A stretch of 64,000 bases of DNA from an uncultured Gemmatimonadaceae bacterium (GCA_964421625.1 CAYQXR010000006.1:2056-66055), one strand, 5' to 3'. Positions 46,304 through 57,843 are shown, counted from the stretch's first letter. Made by a program: numbers and translations. The notes: generated by a model not told the origin, from the letters alone.

Positions 46304-46779
46304 GCCTCACGCTCTGCCGCATCGATGACCGGCTGGTGCATGGCCAGGTGGTGGTCGGCTGGGGCCGGGCGCTGCATGTGCGTCTGCTGCTGCTGGTCGA
46401 TGATGGCGTACGCGGCAATGACTGGGAGCAGGAACTCTACCAGATGGCGGTGCCACCGGATGTCGAGCTGCAGATTCTGAGCGTCGCCGAGGCCGTGGCG
46501 GCCTTGCCGCAGTGGGCGGCAGATCCCCGTCCGACGATTCTCGTCACCGGCGATATCGCGACCATGGCGGCACTGCATGCTGCGCATCCCGAGCTGGTTG
46601 CCCGGGTGAATCTGGGGGGGCTCCACCATCAGGACGGACGACGGGAGCACCTCCCGTATGTCTACCTGACCGACGAGGAGGCGGCGGCATTGCGTCGCCT
46701 GGCCGCGGGCGGTGCCCTCGTGACAGCGCAGGACCTGCCGACCTCGGCGCCGGTCGACCTGGCGGCCCTGCTCCGGTGA
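46300..46779 (+). CDS. PTS mannose/sorbose-family EIIB component
   Basis: CRIDDRLVHGQVVVGW active-site His motif. ATGA overlap upstream. Confidence 0.85.
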   Translation: MSLTLCRIDDRLVHGQVVVGWGRALHVRLLLLVDDGVRGNDWEQELYQMAVPPDVELQILSVAEAVAALPQWAADPRPTILVTGDIATMAALHAAHPELVARVNLGGLHHQDGRREHLPYVYLTDEEAAALRRLAAGGALVTAQDLPTSAPVDLAALLR

Positions 46780-47453
46780 TCACCGAGCCGCTGCCGCTGC
46801 TGTTGATCGGGGCCTGGGGCATCCTGGTGGGGCTCGATCTGGTCAGCATACCCCAGGGCCTGCTGTCGCGACCGCTGGTGGCCGGGACGGTGGCCGGGTG
46901 GCTGGCGGGCGACCTCGCCGCCGGCCTGGTCGCTGGCGCAGTGCTGGAGCTGTACGCCCTGGAGTTCCTGCCCATCGGCGCGACCCGCTACCCCGACTTC
47001 GGCGTCGCCGCCGTGGTGGCCGGTGTGGCGGCCGCTGCCGTGGAGCCCGCGCTCCGCCCAGCCATCGCCGGACTGGTGGGACTGCCAACGGCGCTGCTGG
47101 GTGACTGGTCACTGGTCCGGCATCGGCGGCGCAATGCCCAATCCATTCACCGGCGGTTGGCCCGGGTGACCGACGGCGACGTCACCGCAATCTGGGAACT
47201 CCAACGCAACGCGCTGGTCCGCGATGCGGGACGCGCCTTGGCCCTGACGGTGGTGGGCCTGCTGTTGGCGACCGCTGTGCTACTGGTCCCGCTGGCGGAC
47301 CTGCCGCGCCATGCCTGGCTCTCGGTTGCGGTCATCGGTGGCGGGGCGATCGCTGCTGGCAATGGGGCCCGGCGCGCCGCAGCCAATCGGCGCCAGGCGC
47401 AGTGGCTGGTGGGCGGTCTCTGTCTCGGATGCATGGTGGTGCTGCTCCGATGA
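46776..47453 (+). CDS. PTS mannose-family EIIC membrane component
   Basis: Polytopic membrane protein. RPLVAGTVAGWLAGDLAAGLVAGAVLEL aligns by eye with E. coli ManY RPLIACTLVGIVLGDMKTGIIIGGTLEM. Confidence 0.8.
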   Translation: MITEPLPLLLIGAWGILVGLDLVSIPQGLLSRPLVAGTVAGWLAGDLAAGLVAGAVLELYALEFLPIGATRYPDFGVAAVVAGVAAAAVEPALRPAIAGLVGLPTALLGDWSLVRHRRRNAQSIHRRLARVTDGDVTAIWELQRNALVRDAGRALALTVVGLLLATAVLLVPLADLPRHAWLSVAVIGGGAIAAGNGARRAAANRRQAQWLVGGLCLGCMVVLLR

Positions 47454-48193
47454 CACCGCACCTGCGCGCGCTCCGTCGTCTGCTCGCGGTGCAGGCGGCC
47501 TGGACCTATGAGCGGATGCTGGGCATCGGCGTCGGGCACGCCAGCACGCCGCTGCTGGAAGAGGTTGCTGCCCGGCGTGATCCCGAGGCCCGACGCGCCA
47601 TGGTGGCGCGATCCGCCGAGTTCTTCAACGCGCATCCGTACCTGGCGGGCGTGGCGGTGGGCGCACTCGCCCGGGTGGAACACGACGACGCGCCGGGCGA
47701 CCGGATTCTCCGCCTGCGGTCCGCGCTATGCGGCCCCCTGGGAGCGCTGGGCGATCAACTGGTCTGGGCCGGTCAGGTGCCGGTGCTGATTGGACTGGGC
47801 CTGCTGACGGTGCCCTGGTTCGGGGGCTGGGGTGTCCTGCTGGTGGTCATCATTCACAACCTGCTGCGCCTCTGGCTCACCGACTGGGGTCTGCGGCTCG
47901 GCTGGCGCGAGGGCTTTCAGGTTGGAGGCGCCATCCAGCGTTCCCGGCTCCCGATGCTCGCCGACCGCGTGCAACTCGCCGCCGCCCTCATGGCGGGCAT
48001 CGCCCTGCCGGTGATCCTGGCCTGGTTGCTGGATGGGCAGGGGATGCCGGACCTGCCGATCGGGATGGTCCTCGCCGCTGTGCCCGTGGCCCTCGGGCTG
48101 GGACATCTGCTTGGGCTCCGGCGCCTGTCGGGTCTGAAGGTCGGCCTGCTGCTGCTCATGCTTACTCTGTTGCTGATCGGGGAATTCCGATGA
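47450..48193 (+). CDS. PTS mannose-family EIID membrane component
   Basis: LAVQAAWTYERMLGIG and FFNAHPYLAGVAVGA match ManZ-type motifs (WNFERMQ.LG, FFNTHPY). Confidence 0.8.
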   Translation: MTPHLRALRRLLAVQAAWTYERMLGIGVGHASTPLLEEVAARRDPEARRAMVARSAEFFNAHPYLAGVAVGALARVEHDDAPGDRILRLRSALCGPLGALGDQLVWAGQVPVLIGLGLLTVPWFGGWGVLLVVIIHNLLRLWLTDWGLRLGWREGFQVGGAIQRSRLPMLADRVQLAAALMAGIALPVILAWLLDGQGMPDLPIGMVLAAVPVALGLGHLLGLRRLSGLKVGLLLLMLTLLLIGEFR

Positions 48194-48456
48194 TCGAACG
48201 TGCCGTACAAGTCGTCAACCCGCTGGGCCTGCATGCCCGACCGGCGGCCCAGCTCGTCCGGCTGGCCGCCACCTTCAGCGCGGAGCTGACTCTCCGGCGC
48301 GAAGACGAGATGGTCAACGCCAAGAGCATTCTCGGCGTGATGACCCTTGCGGCCGAATGCGGCTGTACCCTGGTCATTCAGGGTGACGGTGGCGACGCCG
48401 AGCAGGCGGTGGGCGCGCTGGCGGATCTCATCGCCAGCGGGTTCGGGGAACAATGA
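48190..48456 (+). CDS. ptsH: Phosphocarrier protein HPr
   Basis: 88 aa. Both the His15 context (NPLGLHARPAA) and the Ser46 context (VNAKSILGVMTL) are present. Confidence 0.92.
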   Translation: MIERAVQVVNPLGLHARPAAQLVRLAATFSAELTLRREDEMVNAKSILGVMTLAAECGCTLVIQGDGGDAEQAVGALADLIASGFGEQ

Positions 48457-50261
48457 GCGATCGGGTGCTGCAGGGCATCGGCGTCTCACCCGGCGTGGCC
48501 TTCGGGCCCGCCGTGATCGTGCGGTGGAATTTCCCCGAAGTGCCGGACCGGGTGGTCGAGGCCGCCGAGGTCGAAGGGGAGATCGCCCGCCTGCGGGAGG
48601 CCATGGCCACCGTGGTGGCACAGCTCGACCTGCTCCGGCAGCGGACCCTCCAGCGGGCGGGGACCGAAGCCGCCGGGATCTTCGACGCGCAGATCATGAT
48701 GGCGCAGGATGAGACCGTGCTGCAGTCGGTCGAGACCCTGATCCGGAAGAACCGGCTCGCGGCCGAAACGGCCTATGAGTTCAAATCCCTCGAACTGCGC
48801 AACAGTTGGCAGCAGGCCCGCAGTCCCGTGGTCCGCGAGCGGGTAGCCGATCTCACCGCCATTCAGCTCCGCATGCTCACCGTGCTGCTCGGCGGCAAGA
48901 GTGTCGAGGGGTGGCTGGGGGAGCTGGAGGATCGGGTTGTCCTGGTCGCCCGTGAAATCTTCCCGGGGCTGACGGTACAACTCGACCGGGACCTGATCGT
49001 CGGGCTGATCAGCGAGGAAGGCACCCGGACCTCGCATGCGGCCATCCTGGCGCACTCGCTCGGCATCCCGGCTGTGATGGGCGTGCCCGGTGCGATGGAG
49101 TCCATTGCCTCCGGCGACATCGTGCTGCTGGATGGTCAGACGGGGACCATCATCATCGACCCCGACCAGGCCGAATTCGAGTATGCGCGCCTGCAGACCT
49201 CCCGGCGGCACAAGCTCGACCTGCAGCTCGACGGCATGGTGGGGCAGGCCGCTGAGACACCGGACGGCACGCGGATCATGCTGCAAGGGAATGTCGACCT
49301 GCCGGAGGAGATCGAGATCGCCGTCCGCAACGGGGCGGAAGGCGTCGGCCTGCTGCGGACCGAGTTCCTGGTCACCGGGCGAGCCGCCTTGCCCTCGGAG
49401 GACGAGCAGGCCGCCTACTTCCGGCGGGTCAGCGCCTCGTTCCCCGGCGCGCCCGTGGTCATCCGCAGCTACGACCTGGGCGGCGACAAGTTCCCCGCGG
49501 CCTTCGACGCGCCATTCGAAGCCAACCCCTTCCTCGGCTGGCGCTCCATCCGGGTCTGCCTGGACCGGCCGGAAATCTTCCGACCGCAACTGCGGGCAGT
49601 GCTGCGCGCCGCGGCGGAGCGGCCGGTGTGGCTGATGCTGCCGATGATCATCTCGCTGGAGGAGATCGCAGCCACCCGGGCCCTGCTTACCGAAGAGGCG
49701 GAGCGGTTGCGGGCCGAGGGGGTCCGTGCGGCGGACACGCTGCCCATGGGGGTCATGATCGAGACCCCGGCGGCGGTGGTACTGGCCCAGGAGATCGCCG
49801 CCCAGGTGGACTTCCTCAGTGTGGGGAGCAACGACCTCACCCAGTACACCCTGGCCCTCGATCGCGGCAATGCCCGGCTGGCCCAGCGATTCTCGTCACT
49901 GCATCCGGCCGTCCTGCGGTCGCTGGGCCAGGTGCGGCAGGCTGCCGATCAGCAGGGGATCCCGGTCTCGCTCTGCGGCGAGATGGCCTCCGACCCCTTT
50001 GCCGTCGTGCTGCTGATGGGCCTGGGCTATCGGCGTCTGAGTGCGGCTCCGCCCGCCCTGCCCCTGGTCAAGTGGGTGGTGCGCAGCGTGCCGCTGGAGG
50101 CGGCCCGTCTGGCCGCAGAGGAGGCTCTCCAGGCCGTCCAGGTCGAGGAGGTTGTCCGGATCCTCCGGCAGACCGTCGGGACCTATCTCGACCTGCGACT
50201 GCTCGACCCGGCCGCTGCGTTGCCGAGGCACTCTTCGGGTAGTAGCTTGCCCCCTGCGTAA
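48453..50261 (+). CDS. ptsI: Phosphoenolpyruvate--protein phosphotransferase (PTS Enzyme I)
   Basis: GIGVSPGVA N-terminus, phospho-His region GTRTSHAAILAHSLGIPAV, and PEP-utilising C-terminus SVGSNDLTQYTLA...CGEMA. Confidence 0.93.
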   Translation: MSDRVLQGIGVSPGVAFGPAVIVRWNFPEVPDRVVEAAEVEGEIARLREAMATVVAQLDLLRQRTLQRAGTEAAGIFDAQIMMAQDETVLQSVETLIRKNRLAAETAYEFKSLELRNSWQQARSPVVRERVADLTAIQLRMLTVLLGGKSVEGWLGELEDRVVLVAREIFPGLTVQLDRDLIVGLISEEGTRTSHAAILAHSLGIPAVMGVPGAMESIASGDIVLLDGQTGTIIIDPDQAEFEYARLQTSRRHKLDLQLDGMVGQAAETPDGTRIMLQGNVDLPEEIEIAVRNGAEGVGLLRTEFLVTGRAALPSEDEQAAYFRRVSASFPGAPVVIRSYDLGGDKFPAAFDAPFEANPFLGWRSIRVCLDRPEIFRPQLRAVLRAAAERPVWLMLPMIISLEEIAATRALLTEEAERLRAEGVRAADTLPMGVMIETPAAVVLAQEIAAQVDFLSVGSNDLTQYTLALDRGNARLAQRFSSLHPAVLRSLGQVRQAADQQGIPVSLCGEMASDPFAVVLLMGLGYRRLSAAPPALPLVKWVVRSVPLEAARLAAEEALQAVQVEEVVRILRQTVGTYLDLRLLDPAAALPRHSSGSSLPPA

Positions 50262-50294
50262 TTCAACAGTCACCCTTCCTTCCGGTCGAGTGTC

Positions 50295-52896
<2,602 letters not shown>

Positions 52897-52912
52897 ACCC
52901 GGCACGGACACC

Positions 52913-54082
52913 ATGACGCCCCGGCGTCGGACACCCCTGCGGTGGCTGACGCTGGTGGCCCTGGTGCTGGCCCTGGGAGTCGTGCCGGGGGCCGCCGCCC
53001 AGGCCACATTGCAGGGGCGGGTGCTCCGGGTGATCGAACGCGACACCTTCCCGGTGTCGCGCGCCATGGTGGTGCTGCACCGCATCCAGGCCGACGCTGA
53101 AGGCCCCATCGATTCCATGCTGTCGCTGGCCCAGGGGGCCTGGCGTTTCCAGGCCCGCCCCGACAGCGGCGCGCTCTACCTGCTGAGTGCCCGGTGGGGC
53201 GGGGTGACCTACTTCGGCGGGTCCTTCACCGCCGTATCGCTGATCGGCGTCCAAACCCTGGACCTCTTCGTCTCGGATACCGCCTCGACCACTCCGGTGC
53301 TGATGGCCACCCGGCAGGTGGTGGTGCTGCGTGGCGAGGAAGGCTGGCGGGAAGTGGTCGACGCCATGACCCTCATCAATCCCACCGGGACGACGCGGGT
53401 GCTCTCGCCCGATCGTCCGTGGACTTGGCGGTTTCTCCTGCCACCCGGGGCCACCGACCCGCACCTGGGCGACTCCGACTTCTCGGCCGAGGCGCTGGCC
53501 ACCGAAGGGGACACGGTCATGGTGCTGGCGCCCATTCCGCCGGGCCACCATGTGCTGATGATGTCCTACCGTCTGCCGCCCACGGTGGACTCGTTGCCCC
53601 TGCCCGCACTCGAAGGTCCCGACACCCTGCTGGTCATGCTGGAGGAGCCGGAGGTCACCGTCACGGGCCTGGCACGCGGGGAGTCGCGACCGATCGAAGA
53701 CCGGTTCTTCACCGAGTGGTCCGGGCAACCATCAGGCGCCGAGGTGGTGATTCACTTTCCCATCCCCTGGCGCACGCCCACCTGGTTCCTGCCGGGCCTG
53801 GTGGTGCTGTTCGGCGGGGCCTTGGGCCTGATCGTCGCGCTGGGGTGGCGTCCGGGTCGGAGTCGGGTGACGGCACCTGACGCGTCGTCGGCGGTTCCGC
53901 TGTCCCCCGAGGCACAGGCTGTGGTCGAGGCGATCGTGGCCTTGGATCGGCTTCACGCTGGCGGAACGATCGCGGCAGACGAGTACCAGGCCCGACGGCA
54001 GGTGCTCAAGCAGCAGCTCCAGGACCATCTGCGCGCAGGGGCTCCGACCGCAGCGCGACCGGAGCCCCCACCACCGCACTGA
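52913..54082 (+). CDS. Hypothetical secreted/membrane-anchored protein (CarboxypepD_reg-like N-terminus, C-terminal TM plus SHOCT-like helix)
   Basis: Signal peptide LRWLTLVALVLALGVVPGAAAQA, then the LQGRVL... beta-sandwich-like start. A TM (WFLPGLVVLFGGALGLIVALGW) is followed by LDRLHAGGTIAADEYQARRQVLKQQL. Confidence 0.6.
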   Translation: MTPRRRTPLRWLTLVALVLALGVVPGAAAQATLQGRVLRVIERDTFPVSRAMVVLHRIQADAEGPIDSMLSLAQGAWRFQARPDSGALYLLSARWGGVTYFGGSFTAVSLIGVQTLDLFVSDTASTTPVLMATRQVVVLRGEEGWREVVDAMTLINPTGTTRVLSPDRPWTWRFLLPPGATDPHLGDSDFSAEALATEGDTVMVLAPIPPGHHVLMMSYRLPPTVDSLPLPALEGPDTLLVMLEEPEVTVTGLARGESRPIEDRFFTEWSGQPSGAEVVIHFPIPWRTPTWFLPGLVVLFGGALGLIVALGWRPGRSRVTAPDASSAVPLSPEAQAVVEAIVALDRLHAGGTIAADEYQARRQVLKQQLQDHLRAGAPTAARPEPPPPH

Positions 54083-54090
54083 GTGCGAGG

Positions 54091-54375
54091 TTATTTCTTG
54101 CGGCGCGATGCGGCCAGGGCAATGCCCGCCGCGGCTGCGACGCCGGCGGCCACGGCTGCCACCTTCTTCGTTGTCGACGCCTTGCTGCTCTTCGCCGAGA
54201 CCTTCTTGGCAAGCTTGGTGGCTGCCTTCTTCCCGGCTTTGACCTGCTTGGTCGCCGTCTTCTTCGCTTTGGTGACGGCGGTGGTGGCCTTCTTCTTCGC
54301 CGTGGTGACCTTCTTCTTTGCGGTGGTGACCGCCTTGGTGACGGCCTTCTTCGCGGCCTTCTTGGTGATGGCCAT
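54091..54375 (-). CDS. Lys/Ala/Thr-rich histone-H1-like basic protein with C-terminal hydrophobic segment
   Basis: 94 aa: MAITKKAAKKAVTKAVTTAKKKVTTAKKKATTAVTKAKK...KKVAAVAAGVAAAAGIALAASRRKK. AGGAG lies 5-9 nt upstream of the ATG. The KK-x-x-TTAKKK units are imperfect repeats. Confidence 0.65.
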   Translation of the reverse strand: MAITKKAAKKAVTKAVTTAKKKVTTAKKKATTAVTKAKKTATKQVKAGKKAATKLAKKVSAKSSKASTTKKVAAVAAGVAAAAGIALAASRRKK

Positions 54376-54508
54376 AACGACTCCTGCTGCGAGGGTCGGC
54401 CCGTCCCGTGGAGACGTTCGCCCGCCATCCGGCGCGGCGACCAGGACAGACCTGTTGGTGCATGTAAGATGCTGGGGATGAGGGCGCGGCGGTAGCGGGG
54501 GGGGAGCG

Positions 54509-56968
54509 TCAGGGGTGGTGAGGGGTGCCCCGCGCCGAGAGAAACTCGGTGAGTCGGGCGCGGCCCTGCCGCACCCGGACATGGTTGGAGTCCAGCGCCT
54601 CACGCATGCCCTGGTACCCGTCCCGCAGCAGCGCCTCTGCCTCGTCCGCACGCGCCGGTGCGCTGCGCCCGATCACCTCGCCGGCCATGCTGCGCGCCTG
54701 CGCCACCGCCCAGTGCCCGGTTGGGAAGTACTCTTCGCGGAGTCGGAGTCCGCGGCTGGCATCCTGCAGGGCGCGACGATGGTCGCCCAGTCGGCTCCGG
54801 CAGACGGCGGCAAACAGGTGTGCCGTACCGATCGACGGGTCCGAGACGGGCAGGTTGGGACCTTCCATGGCCAGAATCTGTTCGGCGTGCCGGATGGCTT
54901 CGGCACAGGAGCCACCGTCAGCCTCGATATTCACCAGCATCCGCAGGGCGGCGACTGTGAAGGCGTTCCGTTCTCCCATGGTCCGCTGGGCCAGAATCCA
55001 GGCCTCGCGGGCGGTGGCCTCTGCGTCGGCGTACCGCTCCAGGAAGAGCAGGGTGCCGGCCAGCGGTTGCAGCGCCGACGCGAGACGGAATGTGTCGGTG
55101 TGGGTAGGGCCACGGAAATAGGTGGCCGCACCCCGCAGCGGAGTCTCCGCCTCGGCATAGCGGCCCAGGGTGGCCAGGGTGGTGCCCAGGTTGATGTCCA
55201 CCACGGCGAGGAAGGTGGAATCCACCGGAGGGCGTGACGCGTACCAGTGATGAATCCGACCGTAGAGATCTGCCGCTTCGTCCAGCTTGCCGAGGCTGAT
55301 CAATGCCCCCGCCAGGTTGTTCATGCCGCGATAGATCTCGGACGAATCCGCCCCGATCTGCCCGTACATGGTCAGCGACGCCCGATACAGTGACTCGGCG
55401 GCTTCCGGGTAGCCGAGGTTGTCTTCCACGCCGGCCAGGTTGTAGAGGGCGTCGGCGCGTTCCCGGGACGGCTGGCCCTGGTCGATGGTCTCGCGGAGTC
55501 GCAGGGCATCCTGCAGCAGTGGGCGGGCGCGCTCGTGCAGGAACATGTTCTGGAGTGTGGAGCCCAGGGTGTTCTTGACGGCAGCCCGGATGTCGAGGGC
55601 CGAAGCGAAGGCGGTGTCGAGCGCCGGAATGGCCCGGTCGATGGCTTCCACCACGCGCGCCTCACGACCCAGCGCGGTGGGGGAGGCACTGACCAGCAGG
55701 TCCTGGAAGAAGGCCGTGACCATGGCCGTCCGCTGCTGCTCACGGATTGCGGCATCCCGTTCGCGGCGCGCCACGGTGGCGCGATCCCAGGCCACGGCCG
55801 TGGTGCCGCAGAGCAGCAGCAGAGCGGCGGCGGAGGTGAGCACGGCGGCGCGGTGACGGCCGAAGAAGCGGCGCCAGCGATAGCCCAGCGAGTCGACCTG
55901 TGCGAGGACCGGTTCGCCGCGACGGAACCGATCCAGATCTTCGGCGAGCTGTTGTACCGAGCGGTAGCGGGCCTCGGGTTCGGCGCGCAGTGCCATCCGG
56001 ACGATGGCTTCGAGGTCGGCTGGCAGCGGGGCGCCGGTGGTCCGACTCGCGGGCGGGCCGTCTTCCCGCTGTTGCAGCGCCATGGCCGGCGCGGTCTCGC
56101 TGAACGGGTGATGGCCGGTGAGCAGCTCGTAGAGGATGATCCCCAGCGAGTAGATGTCGCTGGCGGTGGAGACGGCCCCGCCGCGCAACTGCTCCGGCGA
56201 GGCATAGGCCACCGTCATCGGAGTCAGGCCGGTGCGGGTCGCCTTCCAGTCGTCGGCCAGTTCGGGGTCGAGCCACTTGGCGATGCCGAAGTCGAGCAGC
56301 TTCACCGTGCCGTCGGTGGTCACCAGAATGTTGCCGGGCTTGAGATCGCGGTGGACAATGAGGTGGGTGTGCGCATGGTGTACGGCCTCGCAGACCTGCC
56401 CGATCAGGGCCAGCCGATCGGCCTGACTGCTTTGCTGGGCAGTGCACCAGTGATCGATGGTGTCACCCGCCACGTACTCCATCACGAAATAGGTGAGCCC
56501 CTCCGGCGTGACGCCACCGTCCAGCAGTGCCGCGATGTGCCGGTGCTGCAGCTCGGCGAGCATCTGGCGCTCATGCCGGAATCGCTCACCCTGCGGATCA
56601 CCGGGCACCGAGCGGGACGCCATCTTGAGGGCGCCGCGCTGGCGGAACTGGTCGTCGTCGCGGGAGACCTCGTACACCGTGCCCATGCCGCCCTGGCCCA
56701 GCACGCGGACCAGGCGCCACGCACCGATGGTACTGTCCGGGGGGTAGGGTGTCAGCGCAGCGGGCATGCCGATGTGATGGTGTCCCATCGAGAAGCGCGA
56801 GCCGACGCGGTCCGCGGCGTCGAGCAGCGAGGTGACTTCAGTGGCAATGTGGGGTGGGAGCTGATCCAGCAGGGGGCGCCGCTCGGTGGGCGGCAGGTCG
56901 ACCAGCGCGTCGAAGCGGGCCTTGATCGTCTCCCAGTCGTCGGCGGACGCGGCGGGATCCTGGGCCAT
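54509..56968 (-). CDS. Ser/Thr protein kinase with one TM segment and extracytoplasmic TPR repeats
   Basis: Hanks kinase motifs (LGQGGMGTVYEV, ALKM, HRDLKPGNIL, DFGIAK, SPEQ). TM AAVLTSAAALLLLCGTTAVAW, followed by ~400 aa of TPR-like repeats. ATG 56968 overlaps the sigma-factor stop (ATGA). Confidence 0.88.
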   Translation of the reverse strand: MAQDPAASADDWETIKARFDALVDLPPTERRPLLDQLPPHIATEVTSLLDAADRVGSRFSMGHHHIGMPAALTPYPPDSTIGAWRLVRVLGQGGMGTVYEVSRDDDQFRQRGALKMASRSVPGDPQGERFRHERQMLAELQHRHIAALLDGGVTPEGLTYFVMEYVAGDTIDHWCTAQQSSQADRLALIGQVCEAVHHAHTHLIVHRDLKPGNILVTTDGTVKLLDFGIAKWLDPELADDWKATRTGLTPMTVAYASPEQLRGGAVSTASDIYSLGIILYELLTGHHPFSETAPAMALQQREDGPPASRTTGAPLPADLEAIVRMALRAEPEARYRSVQQLAEDLDRFRRGEPVLAQVDSLGYRWRRFFGRHRAAVLTSAAALLLLCGTTAVAWDRATVARRERDAAIREQQRTAMVTAFFQDLLVSASPTALGREARVVEAIDRAIPALDTAFASALDIRAAVKNTLGSTLQNMFLHERARPLLQDALRLRETIDQGQPSRERADALYNLAGVEDNLGYPEAAESLYRASLTMYGQIGADSSEIYRGMNNLAGALISLGKLDEAADLYGRIHHWYASRPPVDSTFLAVVDINLGTTLATLGRYAEAETPLRGAATYFRGPTHTDTFRLASALQPLAGTLLFLERYADAEATAREAWILAQRTMGERNAFTVAALRMLVNIEADGGSCAEAIRHAEQILAMEGPNLPVSDPSIGTAHLFAAVCRSRLGDHRRALQDASRGLRLREEYFPTGHWAVAQARSMAGEVIGRSAPARADEAEALLRDGYQGMREALDSNHVRVRQGRARLTEFLSARGTPHHP

Positions 56969-57534
56969 CAGCGGAGCGTGGCGAGCTCGCGGGCCAGCCA
57001 GGCACGGGCCAACAGCCAGTCGCGCTTGACCGTCGCGGGAGATGTGCCCTGTGCTGTGGCGGTTTCTTCGATGGACAGGCCCACGAAGTAGCGCAGTTCC
57101 ACCAGTTGCGCCTGGCGCGGATCGATGGCGGCCAGCTTGTTCAGCGCGCGATCGATATCCAGCACCTCGTCGGGGTCGGTCTCGACCGGGTCCGAGATCT
57201 CGGGGTCGAGCGTGACACGGAACTGCCCGCCCCGCTTGCCGGCTTTGCGGCGCCGGGCGTGGTCCACCAGGATGTGGCGCATGGCCTTGGAGGCCACGGC
57301 AAAGAAGTGCGACCGGCTCTCGAACGAGGCCTCCGGCTGGGCCAGCTTCAGGTAGGCCTCGTGGACCAGCGCCGTGGGACTCAGGGTGTGGTCGGGGCGC
57401 TCGTTGCGCAGCCGGTGGTCGGCCATCCGATGCAGTTCGCCGTAGACGATGGGCAGCAACTGATCCATCGCTTCCGGACTCCCGGCAGCGGCCTCGTGGA
57501 GGAGGGCAGTGATCTCGTTCGGGCGCAACGTCAT
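56968..57534 (-). CDS. ECF-type RNA polymerase sigma factor (kinase-associated Sigma70_ECF type)
   Basis: 188 aa. Region 2 (LLPIVYGELHRMADHRLRNERPDHTLSPTALVHEAYLKL) and region 4 (ELRYFVGLSIEETATAQGTSPATVKRDW). Cotranscribed with the kinase. Confidence 0.88.
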   Translation of the reverse strand: MTLRPNEITALLHEAAAGSPEAMDQLLPIVYGELHRMADHRLRNERPDHTLSPTALVHEAYLKLAQPEASFESRSHFFAVASKAMRHILVDHARRRKAGKRGGQFRVTLDPEISDPVETDPDEVLDIDRALNKLAAIDPRQAQLVELRYFVGLSIEETATAQGTSPATVKRDWLLARAWLARELATLR

Positions 57535-57628
57535 GGGTGCCCGCAAGATACTGCGATCGGGGAGCCTGCGGGGTACCCGCAGCTTGCCCCGCCGGGACGG
57601 GGGGAGTAGCTTGGCAGCGTTGGACCAT

Positions 57629-57776
57629 CGCGAATGGCGCAGCTCGGAAGCCGGTGCAAGACCGGCGCGGCCCCGCCACTGTAACGGGCGTTTCACACTG
57701 CTGCTCACAGCGCCACTGGGGGTTCCCCCGGGAAGGCGAGCGGCAGGCCCGGAGCCAGGAGACCTCTCCATTCGCG
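57629..57776 (+). promoter_or_regulatory. Cobalamin (B12) riboswitch aptamer
   Basis: P1 helix cgcgaatgg (57629-57637) pairs with ccattcgcg (57768-57776). Conserved core GGAAGCCGGTGCAAGACCGGCGCGGCCCCGCCACTGTAACGGG, then CCACTGGG...GGGAAGG, and B12-box AGCCAGGAGACCT (57753-57765). It lies upstream of btuC/btuD/btuB-like genes. Confidence 0.85.
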
Positions 57777-57843
57777 CCACCAGAACCCCTCGGGGGAGGG
57801 GAGGTGGCGCCCAGTGCGTCTCCGGTGAGACGCTGCCGGTCGC

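Noticed and set aside
50262-50294. Possible SAM riboswitch upstream of metK
   Set aside because: The 33-nt gap is too short and lacks SAM-I/II conserved elements.
54075-54100. Small hairpin cgcac-tga-gtgcg followed by a T-rich stretch between two convergent genes
   Set aside because: The stem is only 5 bp with a 3-nt loop, and it overlaps the stop codon. This is too weak to call a bidirectional terminator.
56969-57679. N-terminal extension that would make the kinase a 1056-aa protein
   Set aside because: The extension overlaps the well-supported ECF sigma gene in another frame and runs into the riboswitch region. The kinase-type N-terminus starts at MAQDP (ATG 56968), with an ATGA overlap to the sigma stop.
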